A DNA stretch of 42,920 bases from an uncultured Rhodothermaceae bacterium (GTDB taxonomy: Bacteria; Bacteroidota; Rhodothermia; Rhodothermales; DASSAV01), in the NCBI GenBank assembly GCA_965363675.1, contig CBDTTW010000002.1, forward strand, positions 1-42,920. Reading direction: 5' to 3'. Position numbers and translations under genes: made by a program. This document shows positions 24,932 to 33,886 of this stretch, one piece after another; the first letter of the stretch is position 1, and each line of letters begins with the position of its first letter. A model generated the notes under the pieces. It was not told the origin of the DNA and searched no databases. It was given only the letters and a program-made list of their open reading frames with translations.

Positions 24932-26251
24932 TCAGCGCAGGCGGCGCTTCTCGAACCAGCGCTCGCCGATGTTGACGTTGGCCGAGATGCGGTAGAAGGT
25001 GTCGCGGACGAGCAGGTTTTCCGTCGAGCCCCGGCGCCCCACCTCGAAGTTGAGGTCCAGGCGCGAGCCGGCGAAGGTGCTCGGCAGGCTCAGGCCCGCC
25101 GTCAGCCCGACGGTGTTCACGTCGAAGCCGCTGCGGGGCGAGACGTAGCCCTGGTCGTAGTAGCCGCCGAGGCGGTAGGCGACGCGCGAGAGGAACGGCT
25201 GGTTGAGCCGCCGTCCGCCCGGCAGAAACTCGGCGCCGCCGGAGAGGCGCAGCCGGTTGTTGAAGTTCGAGGCTCCGCCGGGCGTGTAGCCGTCGAAGGC
25301 GAAGTCGCTCTCGAAGTTGCTCCAGGTTTCGTAGCGCCCGTCGGCCAGAAGCGCCCACCGGGCATCGGGCTGGTAGGCAAACCCGAGCCGGAAGCTGAAC
25401 GGAATGGTGGCCGAGCCGTCGAGCGGCGCGCCGAGCGTGTCGGCGTCGAGGCTTTGCCCGACGGTGCGCACCCGCGAACCGTGCAGCTTAGCCGGCAGGC
25501 GCAGCACGGCGCCCAGGCTGAGCACGTCGTTCTCGCCGAGGATCTCGGTCAAGCCGGCCTGCGAGCCGAGCGTGAGGGTGGCCCCGGCCAGGCGCGTCTG
25601 GTCCGCCAGGCGGCTCGGCAGGTGCGAGCTGTAGGGGAAACTGGCGCTGCGCACGTCTTCCTGAAGGCCGAAGATGAAGTTGACGCCCGCGCCCACCGAA
25701 AAGCGCTCGCTGAGCCGGTAGCCCGCGCCCACGACCACTTGTTGCAGGCCGCCGCGGCCCTCGTAGTCGATGAGGTAGGTGGCCGTGTCGGCGGGGGAGG
25801 CCGGGGCCTCCGTCAGGCCGCGCACCTGCACGCGGTAGTTGGAGCGCGTAAACGGCTCGAAGGAGACGCCCACGCCCAGCTTGCGCGACTTGAGCGGAAA
25901 GCTGAACTGCACTGCGTTGAGCGCTCCGCTGGTGAGGCGGCTGGTCTGGGCCGCGCCGTCCTCGGCCACGATGCCCTGGTACTGCACGCCGATGGAGGCC
26001 CGCATCAGCACGAGGTCGCCCCAGGCGGCCGGGTTGCTGTGGTTGGTGTAGTACACGCCGGGCAGCGCCGTGCTCTCGCCGCCCATCGCCTGAATCTGCG
26101 ACGAGCCGAAGGTGCGCAGCTCGCCCAGGCCGAAGCGCGAGTAGATCGAGCCGTCGCTGCTGCCCTGCCCGTAGGCAGGGTAAGCCAGCAGAAGGGGCAG
26201 CAGCAGGCAAAAACGGAGAAAGCGCATGACAGGCAGAACTGTTGGAATCAC
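24932..26251 (-). CDS. Outer-membrane beta-barrel protein (FadL/OMPP1-like, Bacteroidota-type putative porin)
   Basis: Signal peptide ...LLAYPAYGQ (an alternative start is ATG 26227). Alternating beta-strand pattern throughout, with a terminal aromatic-rich strand (...ISANVNIGERWF). It lies 6 nt downstream of the DUF4270-like gene. Confidence 0.65.
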   Translation of the reverse strand: MIPTVLPVMRFLRFCLLLPLLLAYPAYGQGSSDGSIYSRFGLGELRTFGSSQIQAMGGESTALPGVYYTNHSNPAAWGDLVLMRASIGVQYQGIVAEDGAAQTSRLTSGALNAVQFSFPLKSRKLGVGVSFEPFTRSNYRVQVRGLTEAPASPADTATYLIDYEGRGGLQQVVVGAGYRLSERFSVGAGVNFIFGLQEDVRSASFPYSSHLPSRLADQTRLAGATLTLGSQAGLTEILGENDVLSLGAVLRLPAKLHGSRVRTVGQSLDADTLGAPLDGSATIPFSFRLGFAYQPDARWALLADGRYETWSNFESDFAFDGYTPGGASNFNNRLRLSGGAEFLPGGRRLNQPFLSRVAYRLGGYYDQGYVSPRSGFDVNTVGLTAGLSLPSTFAGSRLDLNFEVGRRGSTENLLVRDTFYRISANVNIGERWFEKRRLR

Positions 26252-26256
26252 AGAGA

Positions 26257-27423
26257 TTAGCGGTCAACCGGCGTCAGGGTGAGCACGAGTTCCGGCGCGC
26301 GGGCGGGGCCGCCGGGCCGCCGCAGCAGCACCGGGTTGAGCGTGTTCGTGAAGGGCGCGGTCACCTGGAGCATCGTCACCTCGCCTACGCCCCTGTACCA
26401 GGGGGCGGCGGCGCTCGTGAACTGCGGCACGCCGAGCGAGAACGTCGCGTCGGCCGCCAGGATCGTCGTAAACTGAAGCTGCGGCAAAAGGCGGCTGTTC
26501 GTGACGATGCGGCCGGCGTCGTCGATGCCGAGCACGTTGATTTCGCGAAGCGTGGGGCGCACGAAGCCGGAGGGCAAGTTCTGCCGCAGCAGCGTCGTAT
26601 CGGCGGGCAGGCGCAGCAGCACCCGGTTCACGAGCGCCTCGGACTGCTCGAAGGTAAAGTCCACCGTTACGGCGCGGCTGAAGCCGTCCTGGAGCAGCAC
26701 GTAGTCGGCCGGGATGTTCGGCTCGCCCGTACGCGCCACGGCCGAGAACGTCTTGACCGTGGCATAGTCGGTGCTGTCGGCCCCCGAGACGACGCGGAAC
26801 TTGGAGCGGTTGCGCCGGAAGCCGGTGACGCGGTTGCCGCTGACGGGCTCGATCTGGAAGCCGTGGAACCCCGAGGCGAACGACTCGCCGCGCAAAAGGC
26901 TTTCGTTGGCCGTCACCCATGCCTGCGGCAGGCGCACCACGACAAGCGTATCCCGAGCCTGGATCGTAAAGTCGAGGATGGCCGGCCCGGCCGCGAGCAT
27001 CGTGTCCGACGAGGCGGCGGTAGGGTCCCACTCGGCGTCCATGCTGCGCAGGCGCAGGGTCACCGTGCCGGTGGTGTCGCCGTAGCGGTAATCGCGGACG
27101 AGGCGCAGTTCGGCCCGCGTGACGGGGCCGTTGCGGAAGTTGCCGCTGGCGCTGCTCTCCAGCGCGAAGTCCACGTAGCCGTGCGCCGTGATCGCGGCAA
27201 GCATGGGATCCTGCACCTGCCCGGCGAGGATGCGGTCGTTGTTGCCCGTCACGTCGTCGTAGGGCGAGGGTTCAAAGCGGCTGGGCTGAAGGATGGCGGT
27301 CTCCGGCCCGACCGTCTGGTCGTCGATGAGGCCGATGCCCACGTTCGAGGGGTCTTCGCAACCGGCGGCGCTCAGCAGCAGAAAGGCGGCCGCAAGCGTA
27401 AGGAGAGAGTGTTTGAGCGTCAT
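26257..27423 (-). CDS. DUF4270-like lipoprotein
   Basis: Internal start MTLKHSLLTLAAAFLLLSAAGCEDPSNVGIGLIDD (lipobox). Its position directly downstream of the short GlgA-like gene matches the conserved Bacteroidota arrangement. Confidence 0.6.
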   Translation of the reverse strand: MTLKHSLLTLAAAFLLLSAAGCEDPSNVGIGLIDDQTVGPETAILQPSRFEPSPYDDVTGNNDRILAGQVQDPMLAAITAHGYVDFALESSASGNFRNGPVTRAELRLVRDYRYGDTTGTVTLRLRSMDAEWDPTAASSDTMLAAGPAILDFTIQARDTLVVVRLPQAWVTANESLLRGESFASGFHGFQIEPVSGNRVTGFRRNRSKFRVVSGADSTDYATVKTFSAVARTGEPNIPADYVLLQDGFSRAVTVDFTFEQSEALVNRVLLRLPADTTLLRQNLPSGFVRPTLREINVLGIDDAGRIVTNSRLLPQLQFTTILAADATFSLGVPQFTSAAAPWYRGVGEVTMLQVTAPFTNTLNPVLLRRPGGPARAPELVLTLTPVDR

Positions 27424-27608
27424 GCAGGGAAGCGCCGGCAGCCTGGCGGCGGGGCTTGAGGTAGAGAAAGGGGGGTATACTACGGCGTCGGCGGCGACAA
27501 TGATAGCCCAATACGCGCCGCCCGCCAAAAACGCACTGCGCGCCCTCGGCGGGGCGCTTGCGAACTGAACGCGCGGCCGCCGGGGTTTCGTATGCGCCGG
27601 GGGGCAAT

Positions 27609-27640
27609 GCAAAACCCTCGGCGGAGGCCGAGGGTTTTGC
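27609..27640 (-). terminator. Strong hairpin downstream of the GlgA-like gene (terminator or attenuator)
   Basis: Perfect 14-bp stem gcaaaaccctcggc(27609-27622)/gcc gagggttttgc(27627-27640) with a 4-nt loop, 26 nt after the stop at 27666. The U-run lies inside the 3' arm rather than after it. Confidence 0.5.
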
Positions 27641-27665
27641 GCGCGCCGGAAACCGCAGTCGCCGT

Positions 27666-28421
27666 TCAGGCGGCGATGGCGTTGCTGAGCACCTGGTCGT
27701 AGACGCTCGACGCCTGCCGAAGCATTTCCTCGGCCCCGGCGGTAAGCTGGGCGCTGCCTTCGGGCGCGCCGTCGAGGAACGGCGGGTAAAGGACCATGTC
27801 CGCGTACTGGGCGGCCGCCTCGTTGAGGGTAAGGGTTTCGGAGACGCTGAAAGCAGCCGCGGCCTCCGCCGAGAGCGGGCCGTCGCCGTCGGCGGCCTCA
27901 GGCGTGAACACGATGCGCGCCTGCTGGAAAAGCGCGTCGGCGGCGTACTCGCAGCGGAGCAGGCCCGGCACGAGCGTGCTCATCGCGCCGAAGGCGTGCA
28001 CCACGTCGGGAGCCCAGCCGAGGTTTTTGATGGTCTGTAGCGAGGCGCGCCCGAAGAAGAGCGCCCGCTGCGCCACGTCCTCCGGCCGCTGCTTCTCGGC
28101 GCCGGCCTTGCGCTTGAAGTAGCGGTTGTTGTCCATGAAGTACACCTGGAGCCGGATGCCGGGGATGGAGGCCACCTTCACCTTGAGCGTCTCGCGTTCG
28201 CCGGCCATGCCGACCTCCGAGCCGGAGAGCCGGATTACCTCGTGTAAGCGGTTACGGCGCTCGCTGATCGACGTGTAGCGCGGCATCATGATCCGCAGCT
28301 CGTATTCGTTGGTCTCCTGGAGTTTCTCGGGCAGCAGCCGCACGATGTCGGCGAGTTCGGAATACTTAGCGAAGGGCGCGACTTCACCGGATATGAACAG
28401 CACGCGAGTCGGATTAGCCAT
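27666..28421 (-). CDS. Short glycogen/starch-synthase-like protein (GT5 N-terminal domain only, degenerate KTGGL motif)
   Basis: RVLFISGEVAPFAKYSELADIVRLLPEKL aligns with the GlgA N-terminus (SE-x-P-x-x-KTGGLADV). It is only 251 aa against about 480 for GlgA, so the C-terminal Rossmann half is absent. Confidence 0.8.
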   Translation of the reverse strand: MANPTRVLFISGEVAPFAKYSELADIVRLLPEKLQETNEYELRIMMPRYTSISERRNRLHEVIRLSGSEVGMAGERETLKVKVASIPGIRLQVYFMDNNRYFKRKAGAEKQRPEDVAQRALFFGRASLQTIKNLGWAPDVVHAFGAMSTLVPGLLRCEYAADALFQQARIVFTPEAADGDGPLSAEAAAAFSVSETLTLNEAAAQYADMVLYPPFLDGAPEGSAQLTAGAEEMLRQASSVYDQVLSNAIAA

Positions 28422-28585
28422 ACGTCTGGGGTCAGATTTTTGGGTGCTTGGGGGTTCCCTCGCCGGGGAGGGAAGGCGCCGGCAGGCGCAGGGCGCCCGA
28501 ACGTGCGGACCGTCCGAGGGCGCGTGTACTCAGGAGGAGCGGGACTTCCATGCGGGGAAGCGGGATGCGACCGTGCAAATCGAAG

Positions 28586-28616
28586 CAAAGATACGAAAAT
28601 AATGAGTTTTTTTCAA
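28586..28616 (-). promoter_or_regulatory. Candidate Bacteroidota-type promoter (-33 TTG / -7 TAtcTTTG) for the GlgA-like operon
   Basis: The minus strand reads TTG(28616-28614)-20 nt-TATCTTTG(28593-28586) inside an AT-rich island. This implies a GC-rich leader of about 155 nt before ATG 28421. Confidence 0.35.
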
Positions 28617-28737
28617 GCAAAACCTTAACCCACGGGCGGATACCCCCCGCCTGCCGGCTGAGGGCGGCCTGCGGGCGGAACCGGTTTCAGCGCACGGCCT
28701 GCGCCTGCGCCGCGTGCGCTTCCAGGCGGCGGCCGCG

Positions 28738-29910
28738 TTACGAGGAAGCCCGCAGCCGGCGGCCGACTTCCCGCAGCGTGGCCGCGTCCGCCGGGTGGAT
28801 CGCGCCCTCGGGCAGCGGACCGGTGTTGAGCAGCAGGTTGGCGTTCACGTTCCGGGCGTGCGCCAGCATTTCGATGACGTGCTCCGGGCCGTGGTGGCTC
28901 CCGTCCAGCGCGCGGTTGTAGCCCCAGGTGCTGCCTCCGTGGATGCCCGGCAGGTACGCCTGCAAGGTGTCGCAGATTTCGATGGGCTTGCCGGCGTTCC
29001 GAGCCCAGGCGAGCCGCCCGATCTCGCCGCCGGACTGGTGCGCGCGCGGGGTGCGCTCCGGCGCCACGAAGTCCTCGTCGCCTGTGGCGCCCTGCTTGAA
29101 GGCGATGAGCGTTTGCGGCTGGAGCGAGCGGATGAGCGCGTAGGTCTGCTGCACCGGGAAAAGATCCGGGCGGCTATAGTAGCCCATGATCGGGTCGAGC
29201 CAGATGCCGGCCACCGGGCCGTACTGCGTCAGCAGCTCGCGCAGTTGGGCGTGCACGAAGTCGATGTAGCGGCGGAAGTCCTCGTCCTTCCGGAACCGGT
29301 ACTCCGGCTGCGGCTCGTCGTAGGCGGGGCGGGCGTTCTCCCAGCCCGAGGTGCGCGGAAGAAAGTACGGATGCCGCCAGTCGGCGCCGTACGAGTAGTA
29401 CAGGAACAGCCCGAGGCGGCGCTTGCGGCATGCCTCGGCCAGCTCGCCGACGAGGTCGCGCCCGCAGCGCGGCGCCGCGACGCTGTTGAAATCCGTCTGC
29501 TTCGTGCGGAACAGGCAGAAGCTGTCGTGGTGCCGCGTGGTGAGGTTGACGTACTGCATGCCGGCCTCGACCGCAAGCTCGGCGATGAAGTCGGCGTCGA
29601 AGTCCGTGGCCGTGAAGTCGTCGATCAGGCGGCCGTACTCGGCCACGGGGATGCGTTCGAGCAGTTGCACCCACTCGCCGCGCCCGAGCAGGCTGTAGAG
29701 GCCGTAGTGCAGGAACAGGCCGAACTTTGCCTCGCGGAACCAGGCGGTCGCGGCCTCGCGCGGCGCTGCCCGGTAGGCTGCTTCGTAGCCCGAGAGGTAC
29801 GAGGGCGCGCCGCCGGACTCCAGGCCGCTTCTCGGGGCGCACGCGCCCGCGCAGAGGGTCGCCGCGCCTGCGCAGGCGCGAACGATAAAGGTTCTCCGGT
29901 TCATGCTCAT
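28738..29910 (-). CDS. Tat-signal alpha-L-fucosidase (GH29)
   Basis: Leader MSMNRRTFIVRACAGAATL. GH29 blocks WFREAKFGLFLHYGLYSLLGRGEW and AGMQYVNLTTRHHDSFCLF. Confidence 0.9.
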   Translation of the reverse strand: MSMNRRTFIVRACAGAATLCAGACAPRSGLESGGAPSYLSGYEAAYRAAPREAATAWFREAKFGLFLHYGLYSLLGRGEWVQLLERIPVAEYGRLIDDFTATDFDADFIAELAVEAGMQYVNLTTRHHDSFCLFRTKQTDFNSVAAPRCGRDLVGELAEACRKRRLGLFLYYSYGADWRHPYFLPRTSGWENARPAYDEPQPEYRFRKDEDFRRYIDFVHAQLRELLTQYGPVAGIWLDPIMGYYSRPDLFPVQQTYALIRSLQPQTLIAFKQGATGDEDFVAPERTPRAHQSGGEIGRLAWARNAGKPIEICDTLQAYLPGIHGGSTWGYNRALDGSHHGPEHVIEMLAHARNVNANLLLNTGPLPEGAIHPADAATLREVGRRLRASS

Positions 29911-30101
29911 GATGCAGGAGGGGGTCTTGGGGCGCCGTGCGCCGCATATGCCCCGACGCTACAGGCCCGGCGGCAAGGGAAAAGGCCCGCAGAAAGATAC
30001 GGAGCGCCTGCCGCGAAAAACGCAGGACTCTTCGAGCGGCCCAAAGTGGAGCTCGTCGTTGCGCCGCCGCCGGGGGGCGGCCCGAGCCCGCCGCCCGGCG
30101 C

Positions 30102-33100
30102 CTACGGCTGCGCCGGCGCCTGCTGCTGAAGCAGCTCGAAGTAGCGTTTGATGAGTTCCTGGTAGTCCTGCGAGTAGCCGCTTTCGAGCGCCTTGAGCAA
30201 ATCGCGGCGCAGCTTCTCGGCGCGCTCGGCGGGGGGGAGCGCGCCGGGGCTTTGCCGGTTCACGGCGCCGCCGGTGCGGCTCTGGCGCTTCTGGTCCTCG
30301 CCGCGTTCCTGCATGGCGCGCTGGGCCTCCAGGAGGCGCGTCAGGATCTGCTGCTGCCGCTCGACGGTGCGGCGGTCGGCGTTCTGGCGCTGCAATTCTT
30401 CGATGGTCTCCTCCATCTGCTCGGCGATCTTGTTGAGGTCGCCCATGAGCTTGCCGCGCGCGGCCGGGTCGCGGCCGAGCTGCTTGAGCTGCCTGCGGAT
30501 GGCCTCCTGCTGCTGCGAAAGCTGCTGCATGCGCGCCTGCATGTCCGTCGTGAGGCGGTTGCCCTGCATGTCGTTGAGCATCTGCTGGATCTGCTCGTTG
30601 AGCTGCTGCTGCTGCCCGGCCATTTGCTGGAGCTGCTGCATCATCTCTTCCATCGACGCGCCTTCGCCGCTCTGGCCGTTCATCATCTGGTTCAGGAGGT
30701 CGCTCAGCAGCAGCGCCAGCTCGTTCAGGTGCATCATGGCGGCCTTCTGGTTGCCCTCGGCCTGGGCCGTAAGGCGCTCGGCGAGGGCCGTCGTGGCGGC
30801 CTCCATCTCGCGGCCCGCCTCGCCGGCGTAGCGCTGCACTTCGCGGTTCATTTCCGGCATCTCGCGCGCCAGGCGTTGCAGCGTGTCCGAGACGACGCGC
30901 AGATCCTGCGCCAGCTCGACCTGCCGCTGGGCGTGGGGGCGCAGTTGCGGCGCGTCGGCGGCGAGGGCTTCGACCTGTCGGCGCAGGGCCTCCTGCTGCT
31001 GCGAGAGCGTGAGCACGTTGTCGAGGGCGCGCCGCAGACCGTCCTTGTTCATCTGCTTGCTTTTCTGCTGCATCTGCTGCTTGGCCTGCTCCACGGCCTG
31101 CTGCATCTGCCGAAGCTGCTGCTCCATGCTTTGCTGGCCCTGCTGCGCCTTCTCCAACTGGTTTTGCTTGAGCTGGTCGGCGTTCTGCTGCATCTGCTGC
31201 GGCATCTGCCGGCGCTCCATCTGCTGCTGAAGCTGCTGCATCTGGTTTTTGGGGCCGCTGCGCATCTCCTCGGACTGGCGGCGCACCTCCTCCATCTCCT
31301 TCATCAGCGCCTCGAAGGCTTCGCGCGCGCGCTCCTGCTCGCGGGCCAGCTCCTCGGCGGTAGGCCGCTGCGCTGCGCCGGGCGGCTCGTCGCCGGGGCG
31401 CGGCGCGGCGTTCTGCGGCTCGGGCGCGCCCTGCGGCGGCTCCTCGCCGAGCAGCTTGCCGGTTTCCTCGGCCATGCGTTTTTCCTGGCGCGCCAGCTCC
31501 TCGATCTGCCGCGCCGCCGCGTCGAGGTCCTGCTGGAGGCGCGCCTTCTTGAGCAGTTCGAGGGTGCGCTCGAGCCGCTGCTGGTACTGCTGCTCGTTGA
31601 ACTCGAACTGCTCCATGGACTGTTGCAGCTTCGGCAGGTCGAGCTGCTGCATGGCCTCCTGAAGCTGCCGGAGGGCTTCCTTCAGCTCAGGCGAGCTGAT
31701 CTCCTCCACCACGCGCTGAAGCTCCTGGAAGGCTTCGAGGGTCTCCGGGCTGACCAGGTTGTTCTCGCGCATCGCCTCGGCCATGCGCTCCATCTTCTCG
31801 CTCAGCGCCTCGACCTGGTTTTCCATGGCCTGCTGCTTCTCCTGAAGCTGCTGAAGCCGGCGCTCGTTTTCCCAGTTGCCTTCCTGCTTGCTGCGCAAAT
31901 CCTGCTTGAGGGCGTCGAAATCCTCCTTGACGCCCTGGGCGTCCCGCAGCAGATCCTCGACGAGGTCTTCGGCGGCGCTTTGCTCCTCGCTCAGGCGCTC
32001 GTACTGCTCGGCCAGGCTCGGAAGCGTGAGCCGGTAGACGGGGCTTTTGGCGGACTTGAAGCCGCCGACGGCGTCGTTGTCCCACACCTGCACGAAGTAC
32101 TCGATCACGTCGCCCGGAACCGGGTCGAGCGGGGTAGTCTTGCCGATGTCCCACGCGAAGCCCAGCTCCTGGTCGAGGCGGCGCGGGTCGAGTGGGCCGA
32201 GCGTGAAGCCGGTGAACACGTCGGAGGGCGCCCCGTACTCGCTTTCGGCGAGGCGGTAGAAAAGCGCGGCCTTCGAGAAACCGTAGTCGTCGTTGATGCG
32301 GGCGCGCAGGCGGGCCGTGAGCGTCTCGGTCAGGTCGGCGGCGGGCTCCGGCTCCAGAAGGGCTATGGTGGGCGCCGCGTCGGTCTGGAGGCCGATGGCG
32401 TAGCGTACGGGCTCGGCGTTGGCGATGCCGTGGGCGTTGCGCAGGTACACCTGGTACGCGCCCGGTTTGCGCACTGTGAAGGCCCCGCGCGCCTGATTGC
32501 CCTCGATGGCGAGGGGCGCTTCGGTCCCGTCGTCGAACCGCACGAAGGCGGCTTCCACGTTCTCGCCGCCGAAGCCGACTTCGAGGCGCACCGTCGAGCC
32601 GGGCAGAGCCGAGATGTGGCCGTTGTTGCTTTCCTGGCGAACGGCCGGCAACCCCGTGTAGCGCGGCGGTTCGAGCGTGGCGTCGAGGCCGCGCAGCACG
32701 GGCCGCTGGATTACGACCACGTCGAACCAGTCGGTCTCGACGGGGCCGGCGGCGGCGCGGTAGCGCAGGTCCTGCCGGACGGCCGGCACGCTGTAGCGGA
32801 ACGCCCCCGCCGAGTCGGCGTGCAGCGTCACCTCGCGGGCCTCCTTCTCGCCGACGGTGTTCAGCGCAACCGTCACCACGCGGGGGCGCTGCTCGCCGAC
32901 GACGCGCACTACGAGGGCCGCCGAGTCGCCGCTGACCACCTCCATGTCGCCCGGCTCCACGACGAGCTGAAACGGCCCCGGCGGCGCGAAGTACGCGCCC
33001 GGCGAAACGAGGCGGTGCAGCGCGTCGGCGAAGGGGCGGGGGGCGAGGGCAAAGAACAGGAGGATGCCCGCCGCCGGCGCCGAGGCGAAGCGGCTCAGGC

Positions 33101-33575
33101 GGCGCGGGCGCTCGAAGCGCTCGATGTCCTCGAAGCGCACCGGCTCAATGGCGCGCCCGAGCATCCGGATGGCCTGGTCCACGAAGGCGTCGGGGGCATG
33201 GCTGCGGCGGCCCTCGGCCAGTTCGAGCAGGTTCACGAGCCGGTCGTCGATGTCGGTGTAGCGCCGCCCGATGCGGCGCGCCACGGCCCGCTCCGAGAGC
33301 GGCCGGAACACCCCCAGATGCCGCAGCGCCGGGAGCGCCACGTAGTAGAGGATCAGCCCGGCGCTGGCCGCCACGAGCGCCCAGAGCAGCGCCGTGCGCG
33401 CCGGCGTGGCCAGCCACAGGCCCGCCTCCACGGCGATGCAGGCCAGCCAGAGTAGGCTGATGCCCGCCACGGCCACGAGCGCGCCCGCGGCCAGCTCGGC
33501 GAGCGTGATCCGGCGAAGCGTCTGCTGGAGGCGGCGGCGCAGGAGGGCTACGATCTGTACGGACTGCTCGCTCAT
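30102..33575 (-). CDS. DUF4175-family giant membrane-anchored protein with a Gln/Glu/Met-rich coiled-coil region (1157 aa)
   Basis: Two N-terminal TM helices (LAAGALVAVAGISLLWLACIAV..., LLWALVAASAGLILYYVAL), a central beta-rich region, about 550 aa of Q/E/M-rich heptad-like sequence, and a C-terminus ...YQELIKRYFELLQQQ typical of DUF4175. Confidence 0.8.
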   Translation of the reverse strand: MSEQSVQIVALLRRRLQQTLRRITLAELAAGALVAVAGISLLWLACIAVEAGLWLATPARTALLWALVAASAGLILYYVALPALRHLGVFRPLSERAVARRIGRRYTDIDDRLVNLLELAEGRRSHAPDAFVDQAIRMLGRAIEPVRFEDIERFERPRRLSRFASAPAAGILLFFALAPRPFADALHRLVSPGAYFAPPGPFQLVVEPGDMEVVSGDSAALVVRVVGEQRPRVVTVALNTVGEKEAREVTLHADSAGAFRYSVPAVRQDLRYRAAAGPVETDWFDVVVIQRPVLRGLDATLEPPRYTGLPAVRQESNNGHISALPGSTVRLEVGFGGENVEAAFVRFDDGTEAPLAIEGNQARGAFTVRKPGAYQVYLRNAHGIANAEPVRYAIGLQTDAAPTIALLEPEPAADLTETLTARLRARINDDYGFSKAALFYRLAESEYGAPSDVFTGFTLGPLDPRRLDQELGFAWDIGKTTPLDPVPGDVIEYFVQVWDNDAVGGFKSAKSPVYRLTLPSLAEQYERLSEEQSAAEDLVEDLLRDAQGVKEDFDALKQDLRSKQEGNWENERRLQQLQEKQQAMENQVEALSEKMERMAEAMRENNLVSPETLEAFQELQRVVEEISSPELKEALRQLQEAMQQLDLPKLQQSMEQFEFNEQQYQQRLERTLELLKKARLQQDLDAAARQIEELARQEKRMAEETGKLLGEEPPQGAPEPQNAAPRPGDEPPGAAQRPTAEELAREQERAREAFEALMKEMEEVRRQSEEMRSGPKNQMQQLQQQMERRQMPQQMQQNADQLKQNQLEKAQQGQQSMEQQLRQMQQAVEQAKQQMQQKSKQMNKDGLRRALDNVLTLSQQQEALRRQVEALAADAPQLRPHAQRQVELAQDLRVVSDTLQRLAREMPEMNREVQRYAGEAGREMEAATTALAERLTAQAEGNQKAAMMHLNELALLLSDLLNQMMNGQSGEGASMEEMMQQLQQMAGQQQQLNEQIQQMLNDMQGNRLTTDMQARMQQLSQQQEAIRRQLKQLGRDPAARGKLMGDLNKIAEQMEETIEELQRQNADRRTVERQQQILTRLLEAQRAMQERGEDQKRQSRTGGAVNRQSPGALPPAERAEKLRRDLLKALESGYSQDYQELIKRYFELLQQQAPAQP

Positions 33576-33849
33576 GGGCTAACGGCGCAACCTTCGGAAT
33601 TAGAAGAGCCTGGCGTAGGGGTTAACCGAGGCGGCCGAGCGCTGTTTCGCGCGGCCAACAGTAAAAATCTATATATGCCAAAGGCGCGCGCGGCGGCGTT
33701 CGTTGCCGGGCTGCAATTATGGCCTATTTTAAACGCCGCCTTCACCGACGCCTTATTTGCGGCCCCTGCGCCCGCTTCGGAAGCGGCGCCGGTGTTTTAC
33801 CGGACCCGGAACGCGTCGGGGGCAGGCGCGCGCTTTTCTCTCACCAATC

Positions 33850-33880
33850 GCAAGAAGCTGCATTTCTTGCAAGAAGCTGC
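33850..33880 (+). repeat. Tandem 12-nt direct repeat (GCAAGAAGCTGC x2, 19-nt period) with an embedded 7-bp inverted repeat, ending 6 nt before the glgC ATG
   Basis: gcaagaagctgc occurs at 33850-33861 and 33869-33880. gcaagaa(33850-33856) pairs with ttcttgc(33864-33870). Confidence 0.6.
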
Positions 33881-33886
33881 TTTCGC

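Noticed and set aside
29937-33455. 1172-aa plus-strand ORF, as long as the DUF4175 gene it overlaps
   Set aside because: It is the complement of a CAG/GAG/CTG-rich coiled-coil gene, which gives monotonous Leu/His/Ala/Arg runs (LLLLHLLLGLLHGLLHL...). It has no motifs. The minus-strand product has TM helices and a DUF4175-like terminus.
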